Shown here: positions 56,334 through 64,000 of the stretch, in pieces
Layout: the number at the start of each line of letters is the position of its first letter
Position numbering within the stretch: the first letter of the stretch is position 1
Origin: Eubacteriales bacterium
GTDB lineage: Bacteria; Bacillota; Clostridia; Oscillospirales; SIG627
DNA: 64,000 nucleotides
Direction: 5' to 3'
Assembly: GCA_045543495.1 (NCBI GenBank)
Contig: JAZQMO010000028.1
Span: 1,446-65,445, forward strand
The notes under the pieces: generated by a model
What the model was told of the DNA's origin: nothing
What the model saw: the letters and a program-made list of their open reading frames with translations, nothing else
Databases searched by the model: none
Made by a program: the position numbers and the translations under genes

Positions 56334-57257
56334 ATGAAGAGCTTTTCAGCCTCCGTCAAGGAGCATCTTTCGGAAAAGTGCTTGGAGGAATTGGGAATCG
56401 GAGAAAAGGCAAAGGAAAAATGGAAGAGCTGCTGCGGCTCCTCCTTTTTGCGCGCTGTTCTCTTGTTTTTGCCCTCTTACGGGGAAGAGGAGGAGAGCCT
56501 GTTTTCTCCCTTCCCGTCTTTTTTGGAAGCCGTGGCCTTTGTTTTGATCCGTCATTTTGATCTGGAAGCCGAAATCAAAAAAGCACCCCGCGGGAAAAGG
56601 GGCTACGCTTTGGTTCTTCCGCCCCATGCTCGGGAGAGCATATTGAACGAAACGAAAAAGGAGCCCGCCTCGGGCTGCGAGCGATGCCGCACCCTGTTTA
56701 TCCGAGGGGCCTTTTTGGCCTGCGGCACGGTTTTGGATCCTGCAAAGGGCTATCACGCCGCCTTTTCTCCCAAAAGGGAGGAGGGGCTCGGAGAGCTGCA
56801 GGAAGCCCTCAAAGCCTTTGGGATCCCCGTCCGTCGCAGTCAAAATGCCAACGGTGTCTTTTTGTATCTGAAGGAAAGCGGTACCGTGGAGGATCTTTTG
56901 TCTCTTATGGGCTCTCATCGCTTTTCTCTGGAGATGATGAATCAAAAGATTGAAAAAAGCATTCGGGCGGGCATCAACCGCCGTCAGAATTTTGACGGTG
57001 CCAACCTGAAAAAAACGGTGGACGGCGCTCAAAGCGTCATTCTTGCCATCCGTTATCTGGAGGAGGAGGGGATTTTGGAGACCCTGCCCGAGCCCTTGCA
57101 GAATGCCGCCAAGCTTCGCACCTCTTACCCCGAGGTAAGCCTGAAGGATCTGGTGGAGCACTCCGAGGAGGCCATTACCAAATCGGGCCTGAATCACCGC
57201 TTGCAGAAGCTTTGCGCCCTTGCGGAAAAAACAAAAAAGAAGGAACTGGATCTATGA
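56334..57257 (+). CDS. whiA: DNA-binding protein WhiA
   Basis: SFSASVKEHLS N-terminus, degenerate LAGLIDADG-like domains (FIRGAFLACGTV) and a C-terminal HTH (SGLNHRLQKL). Confidence 0.9.
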   Translation: MKSFSASVKEHLSEKCLEELGIGEKAKEKWKSCCGSSFLRAVLLFLPSYGEEEESLFSPFPSFLEAVAFVLIRHFDLEAEIKKAPRGKRGYALVLPPHARESILNETKKEPASGCERCRTLFIRGAFLACGTVLDPAKGYHAAFSPKREEGLGELQEALKAFGIPVRRSQNANGVFLYLKESGTVEDLLSLMGSHRFSLEMMNQKIEKSIRAGINRRQNFDGANLKKTVDGAQSVILAIRYLEEEGILETLPEPLQNAAKLRTSYPEVSLKDLVEHSEEAITKSGLNHRLQKLCALAEKTKKKELDL

Positions 57258-57835
57258 AAACCAACGGAGATTTTTACGCTCTCTTATTCCAAATGAAAAA
57301 TATTGCCCGTTGGGGGCTGATGTATAACACCCGTGGAGAGAATCTGAGCGAGCATTCTATGGAATGTGCCGTTCTTGCCCACGCCCTCGCCCTCATCGGA
57401 AACCGTCATTTCGGCAAAAAGGTCGATCCCAACCGCATTTTGGCCGCCGCCCTGTTTCACGATATGAACGAGGTTTTGACAGGAGATCTGCCCACCCCCG
57501 TCAAGTATTACAACGAAAGCATCAAGGATTCCTATAAGGAGATCGAGCGCATCAGCCTGGATAAAATGCTCTCCCTGCTGGATGAAGAAACAGGGGAGGT
57601 CTACGCCTCTCTTCACAAGCTCTCCCCCGAGGAAAAAAGTCTTGTGAAGGGGGCAGATAAGCTCTGCGCCTACATTAAATGCCTGCAGGAATTGGAGCGT
57701 GGCAACCGTGAATTTACATCTGCCAAGGCCTATAATGAAGCCTCCCTGCAGGAGCTTGGTATGCCCGAGGTGGATTTCTTTCTGGAGCACTATATTGCTT
57801 CCTTTACAAAGAATATTGATGAGGTCAGCCTGTAA
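57254..57835 (+). CDS. HD-domain 5'-deoxynucleotidase (YfbR-like)
   Basis: ENLSEHSMECAVLAH...FHDMNEVLTGDLPTPVK (HD motif). The start overlaps the whiA stop (ATGA). Confidence 0.85.
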   Translation: MKTNGDFYALLFQMKNIARWGLMYNTRGENLSEHSMECAVLAHALALIGNRHFGKKVDPNRILAAALFHDMNEVLTGDLPTPVKYYNESIKDSYKEIERISLDKMLSLLDEETGEVYASLHKLSPEEKSLVKGADKLCAYIKCLQELERGNREFTSAKAYNEASLQELGMPEVDFFLEHYIASFTKNIDEVSL

Positions 57836-57842
57836 TAGAAGA

Positions 57843-57880
57843 AAGGCGCTGTAAAAGCATTTGCTTTTACAGCACCTTTT
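57843..57880. terminator. Bidirectional terminator between convergent genes
   Basis: 12-bp stem GCTGTAAAAGCA / TGCTTTTACAGC, extended by GG/CC pairs. T-rich sequence lies downstream on the plus strand. Confidence 0.65.
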
Positions 57881-57882
57881 CA

Positions 57883-58932
57883 TCATTTTTCAGTGGAGAA
57901 GAAAAATACCGTGTCCCAAGCGGGAATGTATTGCCAATGCCTGAGAAATACCCCATATTCGGGACAGATTTTTTTCACCTGCAGCGGAATGGCAAACAGA
58001 TCCTCCGTTCTGTGGTAAGCGCTGATGCAAAGAGTCGGGCGACAGCGTCGGATCAGCCCCTCGGCCCCTTCAATGGCCTCTCGCTCCGCTCCCTCTACAT
58101 CAAATTTGATAAAGTCGGCCCGTTCCAAAACGCTGTCCAGCGAGATGCCCCCCACCTCCACCTTGCCGCTTTCGCTGACCGCAGAGCTTCTGCCGCTTTT
58201 TCCGTTGAATAAAAGGGTCTCGTTTCGGCTCCAAACGGCCGCCTGCACAGGGAAAAGATGTGGCACCTCGGCACAGTTTTTCATCAGCTTTTGATACGTT
58301 TTTTCGTTTGGCTCTACGGCAAGGAGCTTGCCGTGGTCGGGGTGGAGCGCATCCCATTCCAGCACCGTGTCACCGTCGTAAGAGCCGAGATCGGCGTAAA
58401 CATCCCCCGCACGGTAGGGAATAAGCTTGCGGTAATCCGCCTCCCTTTCGCTCTGACAGCGAATCAAAGGTGCGAGCCTTCCCGTCAGTTTGTATTCGAT
58501 CAGATCGTCCAGCACCTGTCGGGAGGCTTCGTCCGAGAGCATTTCTCTGACCTCTCGGAGCTCTTCCTCGTGCTTTTTATAATAGGCCATATCAAAGAGC
58601 TCTCCTCCAAACAGAGGGACTTCGGGGGCAAAAAGCTCACATTCCTCGTTCATCTTCAGGATCTGCGCCATCAGATCGTCCCGAAACACTCCAAAGGCGA
58701 GCAGGGCGATCATATCGCCGTATTTTGCTTTGGCCTCGGTATAGCCCATAACGGGAAAGCCGTGGATCACCTTGTTTGTGACGTGATCGTCACTGGCAAA
58801 GATCCCTTGCACAAGGATCCCTTTTTCCCGACAGACCCCAAGGATCTTGTCGCACCCGTCACCCATCCCGTAAATGAGAATGGGCTTTTGGCTTTCTTGC
58901 AGCATTGTCCAAATATCTTTTTGAATGTTCAT
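57883..58932 (-). CDS. FkbM family methyltransferase with an N-terminal Rossmann-like module
   Basis: ADLGSYDGDT...VEPNEKTY...FIKFDVEGAEREAIEGA are typical of FkbM. Confidence 0.8.
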   Translation of the reverse strand: MNIQKDIWTMLQESQKPILIYGMGDGCDKILGVCREKGILVQGIFASDDHVTNKVIHGFPVMGYTEAKAKYGDMIALLAFGVFRDDLMAQILKMNEECELFAPEVPLFGGELFDMAYYKKHEEELREVREMLSDEASRQVLDDLIEYKLTGRLAPLIRCQSEREADYRKLIPYRAGDVYADLGSYDGDTVLEWDALHPDHGKLLAVEPNEKTYQKLMKNCAEVPHLFPVQAAVWSRNETLLFNGKSGRSSAVSESGKVEVGGISLDSVLERADFIKFDVEGAEREAIEGAEGLIRRCRPTLCISAYHRTEDLFAIPLQVKKICPEYGVFLRHWQYIPAWDTVFFFSTEK

Positions 58933-58992
58933 GATTTCACTCCATCTTACTCTATGTTACCATAAATTCCAAGGAAAGTAAAGGAAAAAAGA

Positions 58993-60186
58993 ATGAAGCA
59001 GATCGGCATCGTCTCGGAATTTAACCCCTTCCATTTCGGTCATGAATACCTGATCCGATCGGTGAAGGAAAAAGCACCGGATCGGGGCATTGTTTGTGTG
59101 ATGAGCGGAAACTTTGTTCAAAGGGGAAGCTTTGCCATTCAGGAAAAATACAGCCGTGCCGCCTGTGCCGTCAAGGCAGGGGCAGATCTTGTGCTGGAAA
59201 TACCGTTCCCCTTTTCCTCTCTTTCCGCCGAGGCCTTTGCCAAAAGTGCCGTTTCTGTTCTGCAAAGGAGCGGTATCGTTTCATCCCTTGCCTTCGGAAC
59301 GGAGTGCGGGGACGGGGAGCACTTCTTTCGGGTGGCTGAAAAACTCTCCTCGCCCCTGTTTCGGGAGAGACTGAAGGATATCACGGAGGCCGACCGATCC
59401 TTGGGATATCCCGAAGCAAGAGAAGCTCTTTATGCCGAATTGTACGGCGAAGAAAAGATGCTTTCTCTCCCCAACGCCTCCCTTGCTTTGGAGTATGTAC
59501 TGGCTGCCGAGGCAATGGATTTTCCCTTGGAATTGATTCCCGTCACCCGAAAGGGTGAGGGGTACCATTCCACCGAGGCGGAGGCTCCCGTGGCATCGGC
59601 CACCGCCCTTCGCAGGGCCGTTTTTTCGGGGGAAGAGATCACCCGTTCCGTTCCCGATTATGTCCTCGCCTCCATACAAGAGGAACAGGCCGCAGGTCGC
59701 TTTCCCGTTACGGAGGAGAAGCTTTCCCAAACGCTTCTTTATCTGATTCAGACCTTGCCCCGTGAGGAGCTTTCCTCCTACTACGGCTTCGCCTCCGTTT
59801 GTGACCGTGCCAAAAAGGAGGTGGGAGGCTGTGAAAGCATTTCAGATCTTGCCCAAAGGCTCAAAAGTCGCAATGTGACCGATTCCCGTATTCGCCGCGG
59901 CCTTCTTGCGGTGCTGTGCCGCATCCCCCGCTTTGCGGAAGAAAGGACCCCCTCCTACACCTTGGTGCTTGCCGCCAACGAAAGGGGAAGACAAATGCTA
60001 TCGGAAATGAGGGAGAAGGCAACTATCCCCGTGTTTACAAAGCCTGCTCATGCCCTCAAAAGCCCCGACGAACAGGTGGCCCGTGCCGCAAAAGAGGCCT
60101 TTTTGGCAGAAGAGATCTATTCTATGGCAATGCCCCGAAAAGCAGAGGAAGGCTTTTTCCTGAAGCAAGGCCCCCGTATTCTCTGA
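58993..60186 (+). CDS. tmcAL: tRNA(Met) cytidine acetate ligase (nucleotidyltransferase, YlbM/TmcAL family)
   Basis: IGIVSEFNPFHFGHEYL N-terminal HxGH-type motif. The family length is about 400 aa. Confidence 0.85.
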   Translation: MKQIGIVSEFNPFHFGHEYLIRSVKEKAPDRGIVCVMSGNFVQRGSFAIQEKYSRAACAVKAGADLVLEIPFPFSSLSAEAFAKSAVSVLQRSGIVSSLAFGTECGDGEHFFRVAEKLSSPLFRERLKDITEADRSLGYPEAREALYAELYGEEKMLSLPNASLALEYVLAAEAMDFPLELIPVTRKGEGYHSTEAEAPVASATALRRAVFSGEEITRSVPDYVLASIQEEQAAGRFPVTEEKLSQTLLYLIQTLPREELSSYYGFASVCDRAKKEVGGCESISDLAQRLKSRNVTDSRIRRGLLAVLCRIPRFAEERTPSYTLVLAANERGRQMLSEMREKATIPVFTKPAHALKSPDEQVARAAKEAFLAEEIYSMAMPRKAEEGFFLKQGPRIL

Positions 60187-60215
60187 GACTTCAAGATATT
60201 ACCACCTCCCGATTC

Positions 60216-60244
60216 TTGACGAATCGGGACGAATGTGTTAAAAT
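60216..60244 (+). promoter_or_regulatory. Sigma-A type promoter upstream of the autolysin gene
   Basis: TTGACG at 60216-60221, a 17-nt spacer, then TAAAAT at 60239-60244 with an extended TGt. The -35 sits in the loop of the hairpin CCCGATTC/GAATCGGG (60208-60228). Confidence 0.5.
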
Positions 60245-60273
60245 GTGCTTGCGCAATTTTTTGAAAGGATGTG

Positions 60274-63200
60274 ATGGATTTGAACAAAACGCTTTCCCGA
60301 TTTTTGTCCCGTTTTGCTTTGCTCCTTTGCATCCTTCTTTTCTTTTCTTCTCTTCCCCTTGCGGTCTTTGCCGAGGAAGGGGAGATCGCTCCCGTGGTGC
60401 AGAACGGCGTTATGATCGCAGGAAATGTCCGAGTCCGCTCGGGCCCCGGCACCAATTTTAAGGCCGTCACCCATAACGGTGATGAGATCCGCCTGTGGGA
60501 GGGACATAAATTAAAGCTCCACGGCGAAGCCGTCCCCGATTCTCAGGGTGGGCTCGATCCTTGGTTCTTTGTTACCTTTACTTATGAAAATACGATCTAT
60601 GAGGGCTATGTCCGCAACGATTTTATTTTTGTTCAGGAGCCCTCTGACGATATTCCCGTGATTGACAATCCCGCCTTTGAGGAGCAGCTTGCCGCCTTCC
60701 CCGAAGGCTACCACGCAGCCCTTCTTGCGCTCCACGAGGCGCATCCCTCTTGGAATTTTGAAGCGGTGATGCTCCCGCTGGATTGGGGCACGGTTTTGAA
60801 GAATCAAAATGTGTTCCGCAGAAGTATGACCAATTCCCGCTTTCCTTCTTTCTATTCCACCGTTCCCGGCTCCTATAACTGGGAGACCGATTCCTATACG
60901 CCTCTTGAGGCAGGGGTTTGGTATCAGGCCTCGCCCGCTCTTGTAGCCTATTATCTGGACGCTAGAAACTTTCTCAACGAAGCGGGGATCTTCCAGTTTG
61001 AGCAGCTGACCTTCGGCGCAGAGCAAACGGAGGAAAGCATCCAAATGATGCTGCAAGGCACCTTTATGGAAGGAAAAACCATAAAGGATTTGGAAGGTAA
61101 CGATGTAACCTACGCCAAGGCCTTTTTGGATGCGGCCTATTCCGCCGATGTCAGCGCCTTTCATTTGGTGACCCGCTGTATTCAGGAGGTGGGCCGCCAA
61201 GGCTCCTCCTGTGCCCACGGCAATTACCCCGGCTTTGAGGGCTATTATAACTTCTTCAGCATCGGTGCTTATTCCGGTGCTCTTGACGGTATGGCCTATG
61301 CCGAGGAAAAGGGCTGGGATACCCCCTACAAGGCTATTTTGGCAGGGGGAAGCTTCATTGGCAACGATTATATTGCCAAAGGACAGGACACTCCCTATTT
61401 TCAGAAGTTCTCCGTGGTGGATCCTGATTATTATTATTGGCATCAGTATATGACCAATATTGCCGCCGCTCAAAGCGAGGCCACCATTCAGCGCACCCGT
61501 TACGACAATATGGGGTATCTGGATACTGCCTTCTCCTTCCGTATTCCCATTTATGCCAATATGCCCGATGAGATCGCTCCCATGCCTCCTCAAACGGGAA
61601 GCCCCAATAACTATCTGCAAGGTCTTTCGGTGGAGGGTTACAGCTTAAATCCCTCCTTTGACCTTCGCCAAACCCTCGAAACGGGGATCGCCTCCTATCG
61701 CTTCAATGTACCGGAAGGCGTGGATTCCGTTAAGATCGCCGCCTCCGCTGTCAGCCCCAATGCTACGGTTTCGGGAAATTTGGGCGAGCAATCCCTCTTT
61801 TACGGGGAAAATACCTTTTTGATCTATTGCACCGCTCCCAACGGCCAGATCCGTGAATATACCGTTCGGGTCTTCCGTATACGGGAGGGCCTGACCTGTA
61901 CCAATCACCGCTATGACAATGAGGCAGACGATACCTGCAACGATTGCGGTGCCTTCCGTGAATCCTATCACGGTTGGTGTTTGGAAAACGGCAGATGGGT
62001 CTTCTATCAGAACGGCATAAAGCTGAAAAATGAATGGATGGCCGATTCCGTGGGCTGGTGCTATCTTGGAGAGGATGGCTATATGGTCACCGAGGCCTGG
62101 GTGAAGGATTCCGTTGGCCTGTGCTATGTGGGCGCCGACGGCTACTGTGTCAAAAATACCTTTATGGAATATGAGGGGAAATGGTGCTATCTCGGCGGTA
62201 GCGGCAGTATGCTGAAGGATACCTGGGCCGAGGATGAGGGCGGCAGAAGGTTCTTAGGATCCGATGGCTTCGCCCTTGCCGAGCAGTGGGGGCTGGATGA
62301 AAAGGGCTGGTTCTATTTCGGCTCGGATGGCTATGTGGCCACCAATACCTGGCTTCGGGATTCAAGCGGCCCTTGCTATGCAGGGGAAGACGGCTACTGC
62401 GTCAAAAACACCTTCAAGGAATATGAAGGCAAATGGATCTACCTGAACGCCTTGGGCAGTATGGCAAGAAACACTTGGGCTGAGGATAAGGGGGGCAGAA
62501 GGTTCTTAGGATCCGATGGCTTCGCCCTTGCCGAGCAGTGGGTGCTGGACGAAAAGGGTTGGTTCTATTTCGGCTCGGATGGCTATGTGGCCACCAATAC
62601 TTGGCTTCGGGATTCAAGCGGCCCTTGCTATGCAGGGGAAGACGGCTACTGCGTGAAAAATACCTTCAAGGAATATGAAGGCAAATGGATCTACCTGAAC
62701 GACTTGGGCAGTATGGCAAGAAACACTTGGGCCGAGGATGAAGGCGGCCGCCGTTATCTGATGGCAGACGGCTTTGCCCAAACGGATCAGTGGGTGCTGG
62801 ACGAAAAGGGCTGGTTCTATTTCGGCTCTGACGGTTACGTGGTCACAGACGGCTGGGCCAAGGACAGTGCAGGCCTTTGCTATCTCGGTAAGGACGGATA
62901 CCTGAGAGCTAACCTTTGGGTGCTGGATTCCGTTGGCTGGAAATACGCAGGTGCAGGTGGGTATCTTGTCACCAACGCTTGGCGTCAGGATTCCGTAGGC
63001 TGGTGCTATCTTGGAGAGGATGGCTATATGGTCACCGAGGCCTGGGTGAAGGATTCCGTTGGCCTGTGCTATGTGGGCGCCGGGGGATACTGCGTTACCA
63101 ATGCCTTCAAGGAGTACGAAGATGGCAAGTGGTGCTATTTGGATCAGAACGGCAGTCAGACAAAGAGCGCTTGGGTACAGCTTGGCACGGATTGGTTTTA

Positions 63201-63300
63201 TGTGAACGAATCGGGCTTCCGACTTCAAAATACCACCGAAACCGTCGGCGGCACCGTTTATACCTTTGATGAAAACGGGAAAGCCACCGCCGCAGTATAA
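60274..63300 (+). CDS. Secreted multidomain cell-wall hydrolase: signal peptide, SH3b, GH73-like N-acetylglucosaminidase, cadherin-like beta-sandwich, and about 20 cell-wall-binding repeats
   Basis: Signal peptide ending AVFA/EE. SH3b (GNVRVRSGPGTNF). Glucosaminidase-like core (RCIQEVG..YYNFFSIGAY..GQDTPYFQKF). NNYLQGLSVEGYSLNPSF beta-sandwich. Repeated GWxYxGxDGYxxxxxW modules from about nt 61987. Confidence 0.85.
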   Translation: MDLNKTLSRFLSRFALLLCILLFFSSLPLAVFAEEGEIAPVVQNGVMIAGNVRVRSGPGTNFKAVTHNGDEIRLWEGHKLKLHGEAVPDSQGGLDPWFFVTFTYENTIYEGYVRNDFIFVQEPSDDIPVIDNPAFEEQLAAFPEGYHAALLALHEAHPSWNFEAVMLPLDWGTVLKNQNVFRRSMTNSRFPSFYSTVPGSYNWETDSYTPLEAGVWYQASPALVAYYLDARNFLNEAGIFQFEQLTFGAEQTEESIQMMLQGTFMEGKTIKDLEGNDVTYAKAFLDAAYSADVSAFHLVTRCIQEVGRQGSSCAHGNYPGFEGYYNFFSIGAYSGALDGMAYAEEKGWDTPYKAILAGGSFIGNDYIAKGQDTPYFQKFSVVDPDYYYWHQYMTNIAAAQSEATIQRTRYDNMGYLDTAFSFRIPIYANMPDEIAPMPPQTGSPNNYLQGLSVEGYSLNPSFDLRQTLETGIASYRFNVPEGVDSVKIAASAVSPNATVSGNLGEQSLFYGENTFLIYCTAPNGQIREYTVRVFRIREGLTCTNHRYDNEADDTCNDCGAFRESYHGWCLENGRWVFYQNGIKLKNEWMADSVGWCYLGEDGYMVTEAWVKDSVGLCYVGADGYCVKNTFMEYEGKWCYLGGSGSMLKDTWAEDEGGRRFLGSDGFALAEQWGLDEKGWFYFGSDGYVATNTWLRDSSGPCYAGEDGYCVKNTFKEYEGKWIYLNALGSMARNTWAEDKGGRRFLGSDGFALAEQWVLDEKGWFYFGSDGYVATNTWLRDSSGPCYAGEDGYCVKNTFKEYEGKWIYLNDLGSMARNTWAEDEGGRRYLMADGFAQTDQWVLDEKGWFYFGSDGYVVTDGWAKDSAGLCYLGKDGYLRANLWVLDSVGWKYAGAGGYLVTNAWRQDSVGWCYLGEDGYMVTEAWVKDSVGLCYVGAGGYCVTNAFKEYEDGKWCYLDQNGSQTKSAWVQLGTDWFYVNESGFRLQNTTETVGGTVYTFDENGKATAAV
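62044..62136 (+). repeat. Left copy of a 93-nt direct repeat (the partner is at 62989-63081)
   Basis: 92 of 93 nt are identical to 62989-63081. The copies are 945 nt apart, which is in frame. Confidence 0.9.
62230..62733 (+). repeat. Two tandem 252-bp (84-aa) copies inside the autolysin gene, with a diverged third copy following
   Basis: Copy A (62230-62481) and copy B (62482-62733) differ at 10 of 252 positions by manual alignment. Confidence 0.9.
62989..63081 (+). repeat. Right copy of the 93-nt direct repeat
   Basis: 92 of 93 nt are identical to 62044-62136. Confidence 0.9.
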
Positions 63301-63315
63301 TAAAATGAGCAATTT

Positions 63316-63357
63316 CACCGCCTGAAATCAACGCCTGATTTCGGGCGGTGTTCTCTT
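63316..63357 (+). terminator. Intrinsic terminator after the autolysin gene
   Basis: 15-bp stem CACCGCCTGAAATCA / TGATTTCGGGCGGTG, followed by TTCTCTT. Confidence 0.7.
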
Positions 63358-63444
63358 GAATCAAGCCGATTCATCACAAGGCTCGACGAAAAAAGAGAAG
63401 AAAATACTTTTTTCAAAAAAATCAAAAAATCTTTCAAAAAACAC

Positions 63445-63473
63445 TTGACATTCGGGATCTTTGATGCTATACT
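63445..63473 (+). promoter_or_regulatory. Sigma-A type promoter of the tRNA operon
   Basis: TTGACA at 63445-63450, a 17-nt spacer, then TATACT at 63468-63473 with an extended TGc. An A-rich UP-like tract lies upstream. Confidence 0.65.
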
Positions 63474-63497
63474 GTCAAGGTCGCAGCGAGAGTTCAT

Positions 63498-63573
63498 GCC
63501 TCTGTAGCTCAGTTGGTAGAGCAGGGGACTGAAAATCCCCGTGTCGTTGGTTCGATTCCGACCGGAGGCACCA
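63498..63573 (+). tRNA. tRNA-Phe (anticodon GAA)
   Basis: Manual cloverleaf: acceptor GCCTCTG/CGGAGGC, anticodon loop CTGAAAA, T-loop TTCGATT, encoded CCA. Confidence 0.9.
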
Positions 63574-63595
63574 CTTTCTTGCGAAAACAACATCT

Positions 63596-63671
63596 GCGGA
63601 TTTAGCTCATTTGGTAGAGCGCGACCTTGCCAAGGTCGAGGTGGCGGGTTCGAGCCCCGTAATCCGCTCCA
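63596..63671 (+). tRNA. tRNA-Gly (anticodon GCC)
   Basis: Acceptor GCGGATT/AATCCGC, anticodon stem CGACC/GGTCG with loop TTGCCAA, T-loop TTCGAGC, encoded CCA. Confidence 0.88.
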
Positions 63672-63674
63672 CAT

Positions 63675-63750
63675 GGAAGCTTAGCTCAGCTGGGAGAGCA
63701 TCTGCCTTACAAGCAGAGGGTCATAGGTTCGAGCCCTATAGTTTCCACCA
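63675..63750 (+). tRNA. tRNA-Val (anticodon TAC)
   Basis: Acceptor GGAAGCT/AGTTTCC, anticodon loop CTTACAA, T-loop TTCGAGC, encoded CCA. Confidence 0.9.
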
Positions 63751-63789
63751 TTGCTCGGAACAGATTTATCTGTTCCGAGCATTCTATCC

Positions 63790-63866
63790 GGCCTGGTAGT
63801 TCAGTTGGTTAGAACGCTAGCCTGTCACGCTAGAGGTCAGGGGTTCGAGCCCCCTTCAGGTCGCCA
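63790..63866 (+). tRNA. tRNA-Asp (anticodon GTC)
   Basis: Acceptor GGCCTGG/TCAGGTC (two G-U pairs), anticodon loop CTGTCAC, T-loop TTCGAGC, encoded CCA. Confidence 0.88.
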
Positions 63867-63871
63867 TATTT

Positions 63872-63947
<76 letters not shown>

Positions 63948-63948
63948 G

Positions 63949-63985
63949 AAAAAACTCTTGTTCGAAAGAACAAGAGTTTTTTCAG
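63949..63985 (+). terminator. Intrinsic terminator after the tRNA operon
   Basis: Stem AAAAACTCTTGTTC / GAACAAGAGTTTTT with a GAAA loop, followed by a T-run. Confidence 0.8.
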
Positions 63986-64000
63986 TTATATTCGCCTTCG

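Noticed and set aside
63315-63799. ORFs of 119 aa (minus strand) and 62 aa (plus strand) overlapping the tRNA cluster.
   Set aside because: They overlap five well-folded tRNA genes, a promoter and a terminator. They are artefacts of six-frame translation.

Overview
This 64-kb window is a chromosomal segment from a Gram-positive, Clostridia-like Firmicute. That assignment rests on gene content and order; GC content was not computed. Sense codons TTA, CTA and TCA are strongly avoided, which produces many long same-register antisense ORFs. Nearly everything here is core housekeeping.

Gene content in order:
- 1-21 kb, plus strand: DJ-1, CPBP protease, mltG, rmuC, smpB, lepA, hemW, a lipoprotein, DUF1385-prmC, recA, a Prs-like gene, recX, rimO, pgsA, cysS, cinA, ptsH, uvrC, rsmD, coaD.
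- 21.4-34.2 kb: a dcw cluster of mraZ, rsmH, ftsL, a PASTA-containing class B PBP, murE, murF, mraY, ftsW, murG, ftsQ and ftsZ. It lacks murD, murC and ftsA.
- 34.2-37.1 kb: a GT14 glycosyltransferase and an LtaS-family gene.
- 37.1-44.9 kb, minus strand: mscS, recG, a YhaN/SbcE-like membrane-inserted Rad50-type ATPase, two NodB deacetylases, a family-4 UDG and a MecA-like adaptor.
- 45.0-50.2 kb: an ABC half-transporter, DUF1854 and a second ABC half-transporter in one operon. Both transporters carry N-terminal zinc-ribbon modules.
- 50.2-60.2 kb: glyQS, mgtC, rubrerythrin, an unlisted 56-aa ORF, hprK-glcK-murB-whiA, an HD 5'-nucleotidase, an FkbM methyltransferase and tmcAL.
- 60.3-63.3 kb: a 1008-aa SH3b/glucosaminidase/cell-wall-binding-repeat autolysin with near-identical internal DNA repeats.
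- 63.5-63.9 kb: a five-tRNA operon (Phe, Gly, Val, Asp, Thr).

I found no CRISPR array, transposase, integrase, prophage gene or classical defence gene.

The most unusual items are:
- the promoter-defined two-gene unit of a Rad50-like membrane ATPase and recG, with no nuclease partner;
- the uncharacterised ABC/DUF1854/ABC operon;
- the recombination-prone repeat architecture of the autolysin gene;
- a small monocistronic 56-aa gene that falls below the ORF-track cutoff.

All of these are candidates. None is a demonstrated new system.
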